A stretch of 34,575 nt of DNA from contig CAYRPK010000002.1 in NCBI GenBank assembly GCA_964426175.1, forward strand, positions 4,560 to 39,134, written 5' to 3'. Below the pieces are notes generated by a model. That model did not search any database. It worked only from the letters and a program-made list of their open reading frames with translations, and was not told the DNA's origin. The position numbers were made by a program, and so were the translations under genes. Positions within the stretch are counted from its first letter, which is position 1. The number at the start of each line of letters is the position of its first letter. The DNA is from an uncultured Eubacteriales bacterium (lineage in GTDB: Bacteria > Bacillota > Clostridia > Oscillospirales > CAJFTT01). Shown here piece by piece: positions 26,919-34,575 of this stretch.

Positions 26919-27935
26919 ATGGATGGAATTATTGTTGCGGTATCCGCGCTGAGTGCATTTATAATATCGGCACTTTTGGGTAAATGGCTTATTCCCGTGC
27001 TTAAGCGCATGAATGCACAGCAGACTATCAGCCAGTATGTTGAGGACCTTCATAAGGATAAACAGCATACTCCCATGATGGGCGGTATAATGTTTATTGT
27101 TTCTACCGTATTTGTAACAGCGGTAGCGCTTGGGGCAATGTATGCCTCGGGAACAGAGTTTTTGTTTACCGAATTAAAATATCTTATAGCAGGTATCGGA
27201 ATGATGCTGCTGTTTACAATGATAGGCTTTTTTGACGATTATATAAAGGCTGTGAAAAAACGCAATGTGGGACTTACGGAGATACAAAAAACCGCATTAC
27301 AAATCCTTATTGCAGCTGCATATCTCTTTGTAAGATATCTTATGGGAGACCGTTCGACATCTTTGCTTATACCTTTTACCGATATATATAGTCAGCTCGG
27401 TATATTTTACTATCCCATAGTGGCTGTGGCTATTTACGGCTTTGTTAATGCGGTCAATCTGACTGACGGAGTAGATGGACTTTGCGGCAGTGTTACTCTT
27501 GTTGTCTGTTGTTTCTTTGTCTTTGCCGCTAATATTTTTAATATGACTGCCAATACAGTCTTTGCGGCAGTATTAGCCGGAAGTATATTGGGCTTTCTTG
27601 TGTGGAATTTTCATCCTGCGAAGGTTTTTATGGGCGATACAGGTTCGATGTTTCTTGGCTCTGCCTTTGTAGTCTTGGCATTTTCTTTAAATATGCCGCT
27701 TATTATGCTTCCTGTGGGTATAATATACTTGATTGAGGCGATGAGTGTAGTTATTCAGGTAACATATTATAAGCTGACTCACGGTAAGCGTATATGGAAA
27801 ATGACACCCATACATCATCATTATGAGCTTTCAGGCTGGAGTGAATATAAAATTGTTATAACCTTCTCACTGCTAACGGTGGTAATGTGCGTCGTTACGG
27901 GAGTATGGTTGGTTAAGTCTTATTACTTAGTTTAA
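26919..27935 (+). CDS. mraY: Phospho-N-acetylmuramoyl-pentapeptide transferase
   Basis: 338 aa and polytopic, with DDYIK, NAVNLTDGVDGL, MGDTGS and PIHHHYE. Confidence 0.95.
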   Translation: MDGIIVAVSALSAFIISALLGKWLIPVLKRMNAQQTISQYVEDLHKDKQHTPMMGGIMFIVSTVFVTAVALGAMYASGTEFLFTELKYLIAGIGMMLLFTMIGFFDDYIKAVKKRNVGLTEIQKTALQILIAAAYLFVRYLMGDRSTSLLIPFTDIYSQLGIFYYPIVAVAIYGFVNAVNLTDGVDGLCGSVTLVVCCFFVFAANIFNMTANTVFAAVLAGSILGFLVWNFHPAKVFMGDTGSMFLGSAFVVLAFSLNMPLIMLPVGIIYLIEAMSVVIQVTYYKLTHGKRIWKMTPIHHHYELSGWSEYKIVITFSLLTVVMCVVTGVWLVKSYYLV

Positions 27936-27973
27936 AATAATAATGATTTAAAAGAGAGGGGGCTGACACAATT

Positions 27974-29167
27974 ATGGTGAAGGCACGTGGCGGTGACGAG
28001 GCATATAAAGATACATCGCACAAGAAAAAACGTGGCGGATTATTTGATATTATAAAAATTAGATTCAATACAGGCGGAGTTGATTTGCCCTTTGTAACAC
28101 TGACTATTATAGTTTTAACTGTCGGTCTTGTTTCACTTTTTTCGGCAAGCTATGCGTATGCATATTATCATGAGGGCAGTTCTTTTCACTTTATATTAAG
28201 ACAGGGTATTTTTGCGCTTATCGGAATTGTAATAATGTTTATCGTATCCTATCTTGATTATCATGTGTGGCACCATCTCGCAGTACCTATTTATTTAGCA
28301 TCGATAGTTATGCTTGTAATAGTTCTGCTTTTGCCTGCACAAAGCGGTGTTCACCGTTGGTTCAGCATTGCTGGAATAAGCGTACAGCCTTCTGAGATAG
28401 CTAAGCTTGCTATAATTTTGACATTTGCGCATTTTTCGGTGCTTTACAGAAATAAAATAAAAACCTTCCGCTATGGAGTAATACCCTTTGCTGTACTTCT
28501 TATACCTATAGTAATTCTTCTTGTTCTCGAACCGCATCTTTCGGGTACAATACTTGTTTGTGCTATTGCTTTTGTTATGATGTTTGTTGGCGGAACAAGC
28601 TTGAAATGGTTTGGTATCGGCGGCGGCATACTTGGTGCGGCGTTAGTCTATATTGTACTTTTTACCGACCTTATTTCCTATGCATCCACCCGACTTGAGG
28701 TTTGGAAGGACCCGTTTGTAGACCCGCTTGGTAAGGGCTGGCAGAATATTCAGTCGCTGTATGCCATAGGCTCAGGTGGACTTATGGGTCTGGGACTCGG
28801 TAACTCAAGACAGAAACATCTTTATATAAGCGAACCTCAAAATGACTTTATTTTTGCGGTTGTATGTGAAGAGGTTGGATTTATCGGAGCTACTCTGATA
28901 ATACTTTTATTTGCACTTTTAATCTGGCGTGGCTTTGTGGTTGCCATGCGCGCCCCCGATGCTTTCGGCATGCTTATTTCCGTAGGTATTATTGCACAGA
29001 TAGGTCTTCAGGTTGCACTAAATATTGCGGTTGTAACAAACACCGTTCCTAATACAGGTATCAGCCTTCCGTTTTTTAGTTACGGTGGCTCGGCACTCAT
29101 TATGATACTGTTCCAGATGGGAATAGTTATGTCGGTGTCAAGGCAATCCACAGTGCGACGAATTTAG
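27974..29167 (+). CDS. ftsW: SEDS-family peptidoglycan glycosyltransferase FtsW/SpoVE
   Basis: 397 aa and polytopic, with QPSEIAKLAIIL, GLGLGNS, PQNDFIFAV and LPFFSYGGSA. Confidence 0.9.
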   Translation: MVKARGGDEAYKDTSHKKKRGGLFDIIKIRFNTGGVDLPFVTLTIIVLTVGLVSLFSASYAYAYYHEGSSFHFILRQGIFALIGIVIMFIVSYLDYHVWHHLAVPIYLASIVMLVIVLLLPAQSGVHRWFSIAGISVQPSEIAKLAIILTFAHFSVLYRNKIKTFRYGVIPFAVLLIPIVILLVLEPHLSGTILVCAIAFVMMFVGGTSLKWFGIGGGILGAALVYIVLFTDLISYASTRLEVWKDPFVDPLGKGWQNIQSLYAIGSGGLMGLGLGNSRQKHLYISEPQNDFIFAVVCEEVGFIGATLIILLFALLIWRGFVVAMRAPDAFGMLISVGIIAQIGLQVALNIAVVTNTVPNTGISLPFFSYGGSALIMILFQMGIVMSVSRQSTVRRI

Positions 29168-29226
29168 CCGATATATTCGGCTTAAACTCATAGAGGATTG
29201 ATGTATAATAAAGACAGGGTGATAAA

Positions 29227-30330
29227 ATGAGAGTGTTGCTTACAGGCGGAGGAACCGCGGGGCATATTAATCCTGCACTTGCCATAGGCGGTTACATAAA
29301 GGAGCATTGTTTGGGCTCCGATGTAAGATATATAGGCTGTGCAAGCGGTATGGAAGCAAGAATTGTACCGCAGGCAGGATATAAATTTTATCCTGTTGAG
29401 GTCAGAGGCTTTGACAGAAGACATCTTTTTAAGAATGTCGAAACGATGCGGCTATTGAAAAAGGCTGTATCCGACGCGAAAGCTGTAATGAAGGACTTTA
29501 AGCCTGATGTTGTAATAGGTGTTGGCGGATATGTCAGTTATCCTGCAATATATGCAGCGGCAAAGATGGGTATTACTGCCGTCATTCATGAGCAAAATGC
29601 CTATCCTGGAATAAGCAATAAGATGTCTGCAAAATACGCAGACAAAATTATGCTGACCGTGGAAGACAGCATAAAATATTTAAAAAAATATGTGGATAAA
29701 TGTGTTGTAACGGGACTTCCGATCCGTTCCGAAGTAGTACTTGCAAAAAAGAATGAAGAAAGACAAAAATTAGGATTTGATGAAAAGCCCTTGATACTTT
29801 CGGTTGGTGGAAGCTTGGGCGCTCACGAATTTAACAAGGCTGTTTGTGAGATGCTTCCCAAAAGTAAATACAACCATGTCCATGTAACGGGCTCCAAAGG
29901 CTATACATGGGTTCCCGATAAGTTGCGTGAAGCAGGGGTAAAATTTGGAGAAAAAGAGAACATCAGAGTTTATGAGTATGTGGATATGTCAAAATATCTG
30001 CCTGCATGTGATATAATTATCAGCCGTTGCGGAGCATCGACTCTGTCGGAGATAGAGGCATTGGGCAAACCGTCTATTCTTATTCCATCCCCTAATGTGA
30101 CGGAAAATCATCAATATCATAACGGAATGGCTCTTGTAAATAAAGGCGCGGCGATTATGATTGAGGAAAAAGATTTAACACCTCAGAAATTGCTGATAGA
30201 GCTTGAGAACTTAGCGGAAAATAAGGACAGGCTTAAAAAAATGTCTGCGGCAGCGGCAGATATGGCGATTTATGATGCCGCAAAGAGAATGTATGATGTT
30301 ATTACAGAGGCGGTAAATAAAGCAAAGTAA
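29227..30330 (+). CDS. murG: Undecaprenyldiphospho-muramoylpentapeptide beta-N-acetylglucosaminyltransferase
   Basis: 367 aa with GGGTAGHINPALA, GGYVSYP, HEQNAYPG and RCGASTLSE. Confidence 0.95.
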   Translation: MRVLLTGGGTAGHINPALAIGGYIKEHCLGSDVRYIGCASGMEARIVPQAGYKFYPVEVRGFDRRHLFKNVETMRLLKKAVSDAKAVMKDFKPDVVIGVGGYVSYPAIYAAAKMGITAVIHEQNAYPGISNKMSAKYADKIMLTVEDSIKYLKKYVDKCVVTGLPIRSEVVLAKKNEERQKLGFDEKPLILSVGGSLGAHEFNKAVCEMLPKSKYNHVHVTGSKGYTWVPDKLREAGVKFGEKENIRVYEYVDMSKYLPACDIIISRCGASTLSEIEALGKPSILIPSPNVTENHQYHNGMALVNKGAAIMIEEKDLTPQKLLIELENLAENKDRLKKMSAAAADMAIYDAAKRMYDVITEAVNKAK

Positions 30331-30334
30331 CTAT

Positions 30335-30383
30335 TTTCTTTCAGGTTGCATAGTATGGACTATCCAACTGAACCTGAAAGGAA
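30335..30383 (+). promoter_or_regulatory. Stem-loop sequestering the murA Shine-Dalgarno (SD) sequence
   Basis: TTTCTTTCAGGTT (30335-30347) pairs with AACCTGAAAGGAA (30371-30383) over 13 bp with one G-U pair. An inner ATAGT-atgg-ACTAT hairpin lies at 30050-30063 relative numbering 30350-30363. The 3' arm contains GAAAGGAA, the only SD-like element before ATG 30393. No U-tract follows. Confidence 0.45.
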
Positions 30384-30392
30384 CGGCTGATT

Positions 30393-31682
30393 ATGAATAG
30401 CTTTATAATAAACGGCGGAAATAAGCTGTACGGTGAAATTGCGGTGGACGGTGCTAAAAATGGCGTGCTTCCCATCCTCGCCGCAACACTTTTGACGGAT
30501 GAGGAATGTGTAATACATAACTGTCCGCGACTTACGGATGTTGAAATAACTAAGCAAATTCTTGAACTGTTAGGCTGTAAGGTGACCTCGCAAGGAAACA
30601 CCGTTACGGTTGACCCTGTGTGCGCCGATAATACGGAAATACCTGAGCCGCTTATGCGTAAAATGCGTTCATCCATAGTGTTTTTGGGTGCAATAAGCGG
30701 ACGGAACGGACGGGCAATGATGAGCTCTCCTGGCGGTTGTGAAATCGGCAGCCGACCCATTGACTTGCATTTGTATGCTTTACGCCGATTGGGGATAAAT
30801 ATTGCCGAAAACGGCGGTAAGCTTATCTGCGAGTGCGGCAGACCTACGGGATGCGAAATAGTTTTATCGTTTCCGTCAGTGGGAGCAACGGAAAACATTA
30901 TTTTAGCGGCAGCCAAAGCTGTGGGTGAAACGGTAATTGTAAATGCGGCGAGAGAGCCGGAAATATGCGATCTTGCTGCAGTTATAAATAAAATGGGCGG
31001 CAAGGTTCGCGGTGCAGGTGACAGCACGATTATAATTGAAGGTGTAGAAAAACTGCATGGTTTTGAACATGCGGTCTTGCCTGACAGAATTGCGGCTGCA
31101 ACCTTTCTTGCGGCTGCTGCGGCGACAGGTGGCAAGATACGGCTTTCGTCGATTGTGCCTATGCATTTAATACCGATTATGTGTGCTTTAGAAGAAATGG
31201 GCTGCAGAATAAGCTTTGACGAGAACTCGTGCCAAATTGAGAGAACAGGAAGGCTAAAGCCTGTTAAAAGTATCCGCACAATGCCATATCCCGGCTTTCC
31301 TACAGATGCGCAGGCGCCTTTAATGGCGGCAGCTTGTGTAGCTGACGGTACAAGTGTTTTTATTGAAAGCATATTTGACAGCCGTTTTAAGCATGTGGGA
31401 GAACTTAACCGTCTGGGTGCAAAAATCAGTACCGAAGGCAGAGTTGCTGTGGTCGAAGGCGTAAAAAGACTGTCGGGTGCGGCAGTTGACAGTACCGACC
31501 TTCGCGGCGGTGTAGCACTTATTATTGCGGGTATGACTGCCGAGGGCGTGACAACTGTGAGATGTACAGGTCATATTGACCGAGGATATGATAAAATCGA
31601 AGAAATTTTTTCTTCGGTGGGCGCAAAAATACGCCGTATTGATACGGCTGCAGATGTAGCGGACGGATATATGTCTGCGTAA
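30393..31682 (+). CDS. murA: UDP-N-acetylglucosamine 1-carboxyvinyltransferase
   Basis: 429 aa with GAKNGVLPILAA, the catalytic-Cys loop PGGCEIGSRPIDLH, YPGFPTDAQAP and DLRGG. Confidence 0.95.
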   Translation: MNSFIINGGNKLYGEIAVDGAKNGVLPILAATLLTDEECVIHNCPRLTDVEITKQILELLGCKVTSQGNTVTVDPVCADNTEIPEPLMRKMRSSIVFLGAISGRNGRAMMSSPGGCEIGSRPIDLHLYALRRLGINIAENGGKLICECGRPTGCEIVLSFPSVGATENIILAAAKAVGETVIVNAAREPEICDLAAVINKMGGKVRGAGDSTIIIEGVEKLHGFEHAVLPDRIAAATFLAAAAATGGKIRLSSIVPMHLIPIMCALEEMGCRISFDENSCQIERTGRLKPVKSIRTMPYPGFPTDAQAPLMAAACVADGTSVFIESIFDSRFKHVGELNRLGAKISTEGRVAVVEGVKRLSGAAVDSTDLRGGVALIIAGMTAEGVTTVRCTGHIDRGYDKIEEIFSSVGAKIRRIDTAADVADGYMSA

Positions 31683-31697
31683 AAGGAATGAGTCATT

Positions 31698-32540
31698 ATG
31701 AGTAAAAAAATAATAGACTATAATGAGCATATAAAACGCACGCAAATAGGCAAAAAAAGTCGCCGTGGTCGTCGCGGTAATTATACGCCTGTTTATCTTG
31801 CACTGATTTTTATTATCATTACGGTGTTTACGGTGCTTTCACTTACGGTTCTGTTTCGTATCAAGCAGTTTGATATTTCGGGAACAGATATGTATTCAGC
31901 CGAACAGATAATTGAAGCTACGGGGCTTGCGGGCGATGAAAATCTTATCCGTCTTGATAGGGACGAAATAGAAAAACGCCTTGAAGCACAGCTTCTTTAC
32001 ATAGAGGACGCTGAGATCACGGCGCAGTTTCCCGCTACTCTTAAAATTGAGATAACACAAGCCGTGGTTTATGCGGCGGTTGAAAGCGGAAACGACTATT
32101 ATGTAATTTCGGATACAGGTAAGATTTTAGAAAAAAAAGAGAAGTCTGATATACCTGCAGGACTTATTAGGCTTGTGGGCTGCAGTGTTCCTGAAAGAAG
32201 CCTTGAGGATTATAAATCTGCTTTGGAGATACCCCAAATAAGCTTTGGAGATACCCGCACTCAAGAGGCGTATTTTGAGCTGACTGAAAACTTAAAACTC
32301 AGAGGAATACAGAATATAACTCAAATTGAAATTAAGGATTATCTTTCCATAAGCTTTGTTTTGGAAAACAGAATAAGAGTCAATGTCGGAAGCTCTGTTG
32401 ATATTCCCTATAAAATGCAGTATGTTGAAAAAATTCTTGAAGAAAAGAAAACAGAAACAAGATTTTTACTCATTAACGTCAGCAGTACCGAAAAAGCCAC
32501 GGTAAGAACTCTTGCGACATATGAAGAACTGTGGAGCTGA
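31698..32540 (+). CDS. ftsQ: Cell-division protein FtsQ/DivIB (POTRA domain)
   Basis: 280 aa with a basic N-terminus, a single TM (YLALIFIIITVFTVLSLTVLF) and a POTRA-like segment (IKQFDISGTDMYSAEQIIEATGL). It sits in the canonical position before ftsZ. Confidence 0.8.
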   Translation: MSKKIIDYNEHIKRTQIGKKSRRGRRGNYTPVYLALIFIIITVFTVLSLTVLFRIKQFDISGTDMYSAEQIIEATGLAGDENLIRLDRDEIEKRLEAQLLYIEDAEITAQFPATLKIEITQAVVYAAVESGNDYYVISDTGKILEKKEKSDIPAGLIRLVGCSVPERSLEDYKSALEIPQISFGDTRTQEAYFELTENLKLRGIQNITQIEIKDYLSISFVLENRIRVNVGSSVDIPYKMQYVEKILEEKKTETRFLLINVSSTEKATVRTLATYEELWS

Positions 32541-32584
32541 AAACAATATTTAGTAAAAAAAATTGTAAATTTATACAATATGTA

Positions 32585-32613
32585 TTGCAAAACAGTAGAA
32601 AAGGTAGTAAAAT
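32585..32613 (+). promoter_or_regulatory. Candidate sigma-A-type ftsZ-proximal promoter
   Basis: TTGCAA (32585-32590), a 17-nt spacer, then TAAAAT (32608-32613), within the 180-nt AT-rich ftsQ-ftsZ gap. Confidence 0.45.
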
Positions 32614-32720
32614 AGAATAAAATAGTTTAGCTTAGGCAATTGTAATTAATTTTCATGTGTTGATGTAATTCTATGTTAAAATAAATGCGCATTGAGCCTC
32701 GCGCGAAAGGATGGTTAAAA

Positions 32721-33791
32721 ATGTTTGAGCCGGCAGCGGAAATGGAAAGTGTTATCAAGATTAAAGTTTTGGGTGTGGGAGGCGGCGGAAATAACGCCGT
32801 TGACCGCATGATAAGAAGTGGTGTTAAGGGCGTTGAATTTGTTGCAATTAATACCGATAAGCAGACCTTACTTCATTCGCAGGCAACTCATAAAATTCAA
32901 ATCGGTGAAAAGCTTACTCACGGCAGAGGTGCAGGTGCGCGCCCCGAAATCGGCAGAAAATCCGCCGAAGAAAGCCACGATGAAATTGCCAATTCTATTC
33001 GCGATGCAAGCATGGTATTTGTTACCGCAGGCATGGGTGGAGGTACGGGCACCGGTGCGGCTCCCGTAATTGCATCTATCGCTAAGGAGATGGGCAAGCT
33101 TACCATCGGTATCGTAACCAAACCTTTCGGCTTTGAGGGCAGACGCAAGATGGAAGCGGCAGAGCTTGGCATTACTGAACTCAGACAGCATGTGGACTCG
33201 CTACTTGTTATACCAAATGAACGCTTGAAGTTTGTTACCGAAGAGAAAATATCTCTTGTAAATGCTTTTGAAATTGCAGATGACGTATTGCGTCAAGGTG
33301 TTCAGAGTATATCTGACCTTATCCTTATTCCCGGTCTTATTAACCTTGACTTTGCTGATGTTACCACCGTTATGCGCGACGCAGGCTATGCTCATATGGG
33401 TGTGGGCTATGCCGAGGGTGAGAATAAAGCTGAAGAAGCTGCAAAAATTGCTATTGCAAGTCCCCTTCTTGAAACCTCCATCAACGGTGCACGCGGTGTA
33501 ATCATAAACTTCACGGCTTCTCCCGATGTTTCGCTTGAAGAAATCGAGGGTGCTGCACAGAAGATTACAGACGAAACCGATCCTGATGCAAATATCATCT
33601 GGGGTGTTGCTCTTGACCCGTCACTTGAGGATGCTATCAGAATTACCGTTATTGCAACAGGTTTTGATAAAATAGAGCGCTCTACGGATGTTGTACCTAA
33701 CACCGGTAAGGTTGAAAGAGCTCCTGAGAAAAACGATGCTGATTTTGACGATCAGATAAGTGATATACTCAAGATGTTTGGCAATAAATAG
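32721..33791 (+). CDS. ftsZ: Cell-division GTPase FtsZ
   Basis: It has [10 protein letters not shown] and the tubulin signature [10 protein letters not shown]. The start is taken at ATG 32721 ([23 protein letters not shown]), preceded by GAAAGGA. The ORF-track start at 32685 adds 12 atypical residues and lacks an SD sequence. Confidence 0.95.
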   Translation: MFEPAAEMESVIKIKVLGVGGGGNNAVDRMIRSGVKGVEFVAINTDKQTLLHSQATHKIQIGEKLTHGRGAGARPEIGRKSAEESHDEIANSIRDASMVFVTAGMGGGTGTGAAPVIASIAKEMGKLTIGIVTKPFGFEGRRKMEAAELGITELRQHVDSLLVIPNERLKFVTEEKISLVNAFEIADDVLRQGVQSISDLILIPGLINLDFADVTTVMRDAGYAHMGVGYAEGENKAEEAAKIAIASPLLETSINGARGVIINFTASPDVSLEEIEGAAQKITDETDPDANIIWGVALDPSLEDAIRITVIATGFDKIERSTDVVPNTGKVERAPEKNDADFDDQISDILKMFGNK

Positions 33792-33813
33792 TAGATTATA
33801 CAAAGCTTAACAT

Positions 33814-33847
33814 AAAAAGCAGATGTAAGAAATTACATCTGCTTTTT
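33814..33847 (+). terminator. Rho-independent (bidirectional-type) terminator closing the dcw cluster
   Basis: AAAAA-GCAGATGTAA-gaaa-TTACATCTGC-TTTTT forms a 10-bp stem. The flanking A5 and T5 tracts can extend the pairing. Confidence 0.85.
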
Positions 33848-33912
33848 ATGTTAAAATTATGATGTATATATTAAGATGTCTAATAATTTGTGATAAATAT
33901 GGTCGCCTACAC

Positions 33913-33941
33913 TTGTAATTTTGGGGGATTTATAGTATAAT
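33913..33941 (+). promoter_or_regulatory. Sigma-A-type promoter of the cysteine desulfurase gene
   Basis: TTGTAA (33913-33918), a 17-nt spacer, then TATAAT (33936-33941). Confidence 0.55.
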
Positions 33942-33975
33942 GTATGCGTATAATTATAAATTTCCGATAAGAGAG

Positions 33976-34575
33976 ATGCGTAAAGTGATATATCTTGATA
34001 ACAGCGCTACAACCAAGCCTTCACAAGCTGCGGTTGAAGCTGCCGTAAATGCCATGACAAATAGCTTCGGAAATCCGTCGTCATTACATACATTGGGCTT
34101 TGAAGCCTTTAATGTGTTAGGCACCGCGAGAAAAAGTGTTGCCGCGGCGCTGGCTTCCCGCGAAGATGAGATTTTTTTTACATCAGGTGGAACGGAAAGC
34201 AATAATATTGCGATTTTTGGCGGTGCATATGCAAGGAAAAAACGCGGTAATCGTATAGTTTCAACTGCTGTTGAACATTCCTCTGTTAAGGCTTCGTTGG
34301 ACGAGCTTGAAAAGGATGGATTTGAGGTAATAAGACTTGCGCCTGATGAGAACGGCAATATTCCTCTTTCTGCCTTTAATGAAGCAATAAATGATAAAAC
34401 CGTGCTTGTTTCCTGCATGGCAGTCAATAATGAAACGGGAGCAATTTTTCCCATAGAAAAAATTCGCAGAATTATTACCGCAAAGGAAGCACCTGCACTT
34501 TTTCATATTGACGCAGTACAAGCTTTTGGTAAAATTCCCGTATCTGTCAAGAACTTAGGTGCAGATTTAATAACC
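33976..34575 (+). CDS. Cysteine desulfurase (NifS/IscS class V aminotransferase), 5' partial that runs off the window
   Basis: My own translation from ATG 33976 is MRKVIYLDNSATTKPSQAAVEAAVNAMTNSFGNPSSLHTLGFEAFNVLGTARKSVAAALASREDEIFFTSGGTESNNIAIFG...STAVEHSSV. YLDNSATT, GNPSS-H, FTSGGTESNN and EH-S are cysteine desulfurase hallmarks. The ORF is not in the track because it has no stop in the window. Confidence 0.85.
   Translation, partial: MRKVIYLDNSATTKPSQAAVEAAVNAMTNSFGNPSSLHTLGFEAFNVLGTARKSVAAALASREDEIFFTSGGTESNNIAIFGGAYARKKRGNRIVSTAVEHSSVKASLDELEKDGFEVIRLAPDENGNIPLSAFNEAINDKTVLVSCMAVNNETGAIFPIEKIRRIITAKEAPALFHIDAVQAFGKIPVSVKNLGADLIT

Noticed and set aside
29166-29182. Short hairpin AGCCGA-tatat-TCGGCT after ftsW
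   Set aside because: The stem is only 6 bp and no U-tract follows. This is too weak to call a terminator.
29181-29209. Possible internal promoter before murG (TATAAT at 29204-29209)
   Set aside because: The -10 box is perfect, but the best -35 candidates (CTTAAA or TTAAAC) match only 3 of 6 positions. AT-rich spacers produce such hexamers by chance. I kept it as unproven.
30341-31372. 343-aa ORF on the minus strand
   Set aside because: It lies entirely antisense to the well-supported murA gene. Its product is low-complexity (Ala/Ser/Pro/Ile-rich) with no motifs or SD sequence. It is a typical shadow ORF of a codon-biased gene.
32685-32720. Upstream ATG giving a 12-residue N-terminal extension of FtsZ
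   Set aside because: There is no SD sequence before 32685. ATG 32721 has GAAAGGA at proper spacing and gives a conventional FtsZ N-terminus.
33954-34521. Minus-strand ORFs of 166 aa and 86 aa at the right edge
   Set aside because: The plus strand here encodes a clear cysteine desulfurase N-terminus (YLDNSATT, FTSGGTESNN). The minus-strand ORFs are shadows.
1-34575. Search for CRISPR repeats, transposase or integrase genes, phage modules, toxin-antitoxin pairs or defence-island signatures
   Set aside because: I saw no regularly spaced direct repeats, no terminal inverted repeats flanking a gene, and no ORF with recombinase, nuclease or NTPase defence-type motifs. Every ORF longer than about 140 aa outside the shadow frames is accounted for by housekeeping or transport functions, except the lipoprotein and the dockerin protein.

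Overview
This is a chromosomal, mostly housekeeping window from a low-GC Gram-positive bacterium of Clostridia type. The dockerin protein suggests a Ruminococcus/Oscillospiraceae-like organism with a cellulosome or amylosome. Layout: (1) Minus strand, 8-12330. A near-consensus promoter precedes ten tightly packed co-directional genes: ruvC, ruvA, ruvB, glmM, a SAM-dependent methyltransferase, a fused ecfA1-ecfA2, a frameshifted ecfT, a GNAT acetyltransferase, a YnbB-family PLP enzyme and an orphan lipoprotein. A secreted triple-discoidin dockerin protein follows with its own promoter. (2) Plus strand, 12473-14752: a polar amino-acid ABC importer (binding protein, permease, ATPase). (3) 14759-19567: a promoter and a Cys-specific T-box leader, then cysE-cysS, with an ABC-2-type ATPase/permease pair directly abutting cysS. 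(4) 19721-33847: a dcw cell-wall/division cluster, mraZ-rsmH-ftsL-class B PBP-murE-murF-mraY-ftsW-murG-murA-ftsQ-ftsZ, with an MraZ-type operator array upstream and a clean terminator downstream. (5) 33976-34575: the 5' part of a NifS/IscS-type cysteine desulfurase that runs off the window. I found no rRNA, tRNA, CRISPR array, transposase, integrase, phage gene or recognisable defence gene. I do not see a convincing new multi-gene system here. The points most worth a second look are the ecfT frameshift, the non-catalytic triple-discoidin dockerin protein and its palindrome-flanked promoter, several well-defined cis-elements (operator-like palindromes, a Cys T-box, an intra-dcw terminator-like hairpin, a Shine-Dalgarno (SD)-sequestering hairpin before murA), the ABC-2 exporter fused to the cysE-cysS unit, and the reduced dcw gene content. 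All calls come from reading the translations and sequence by eye. No database search was run.
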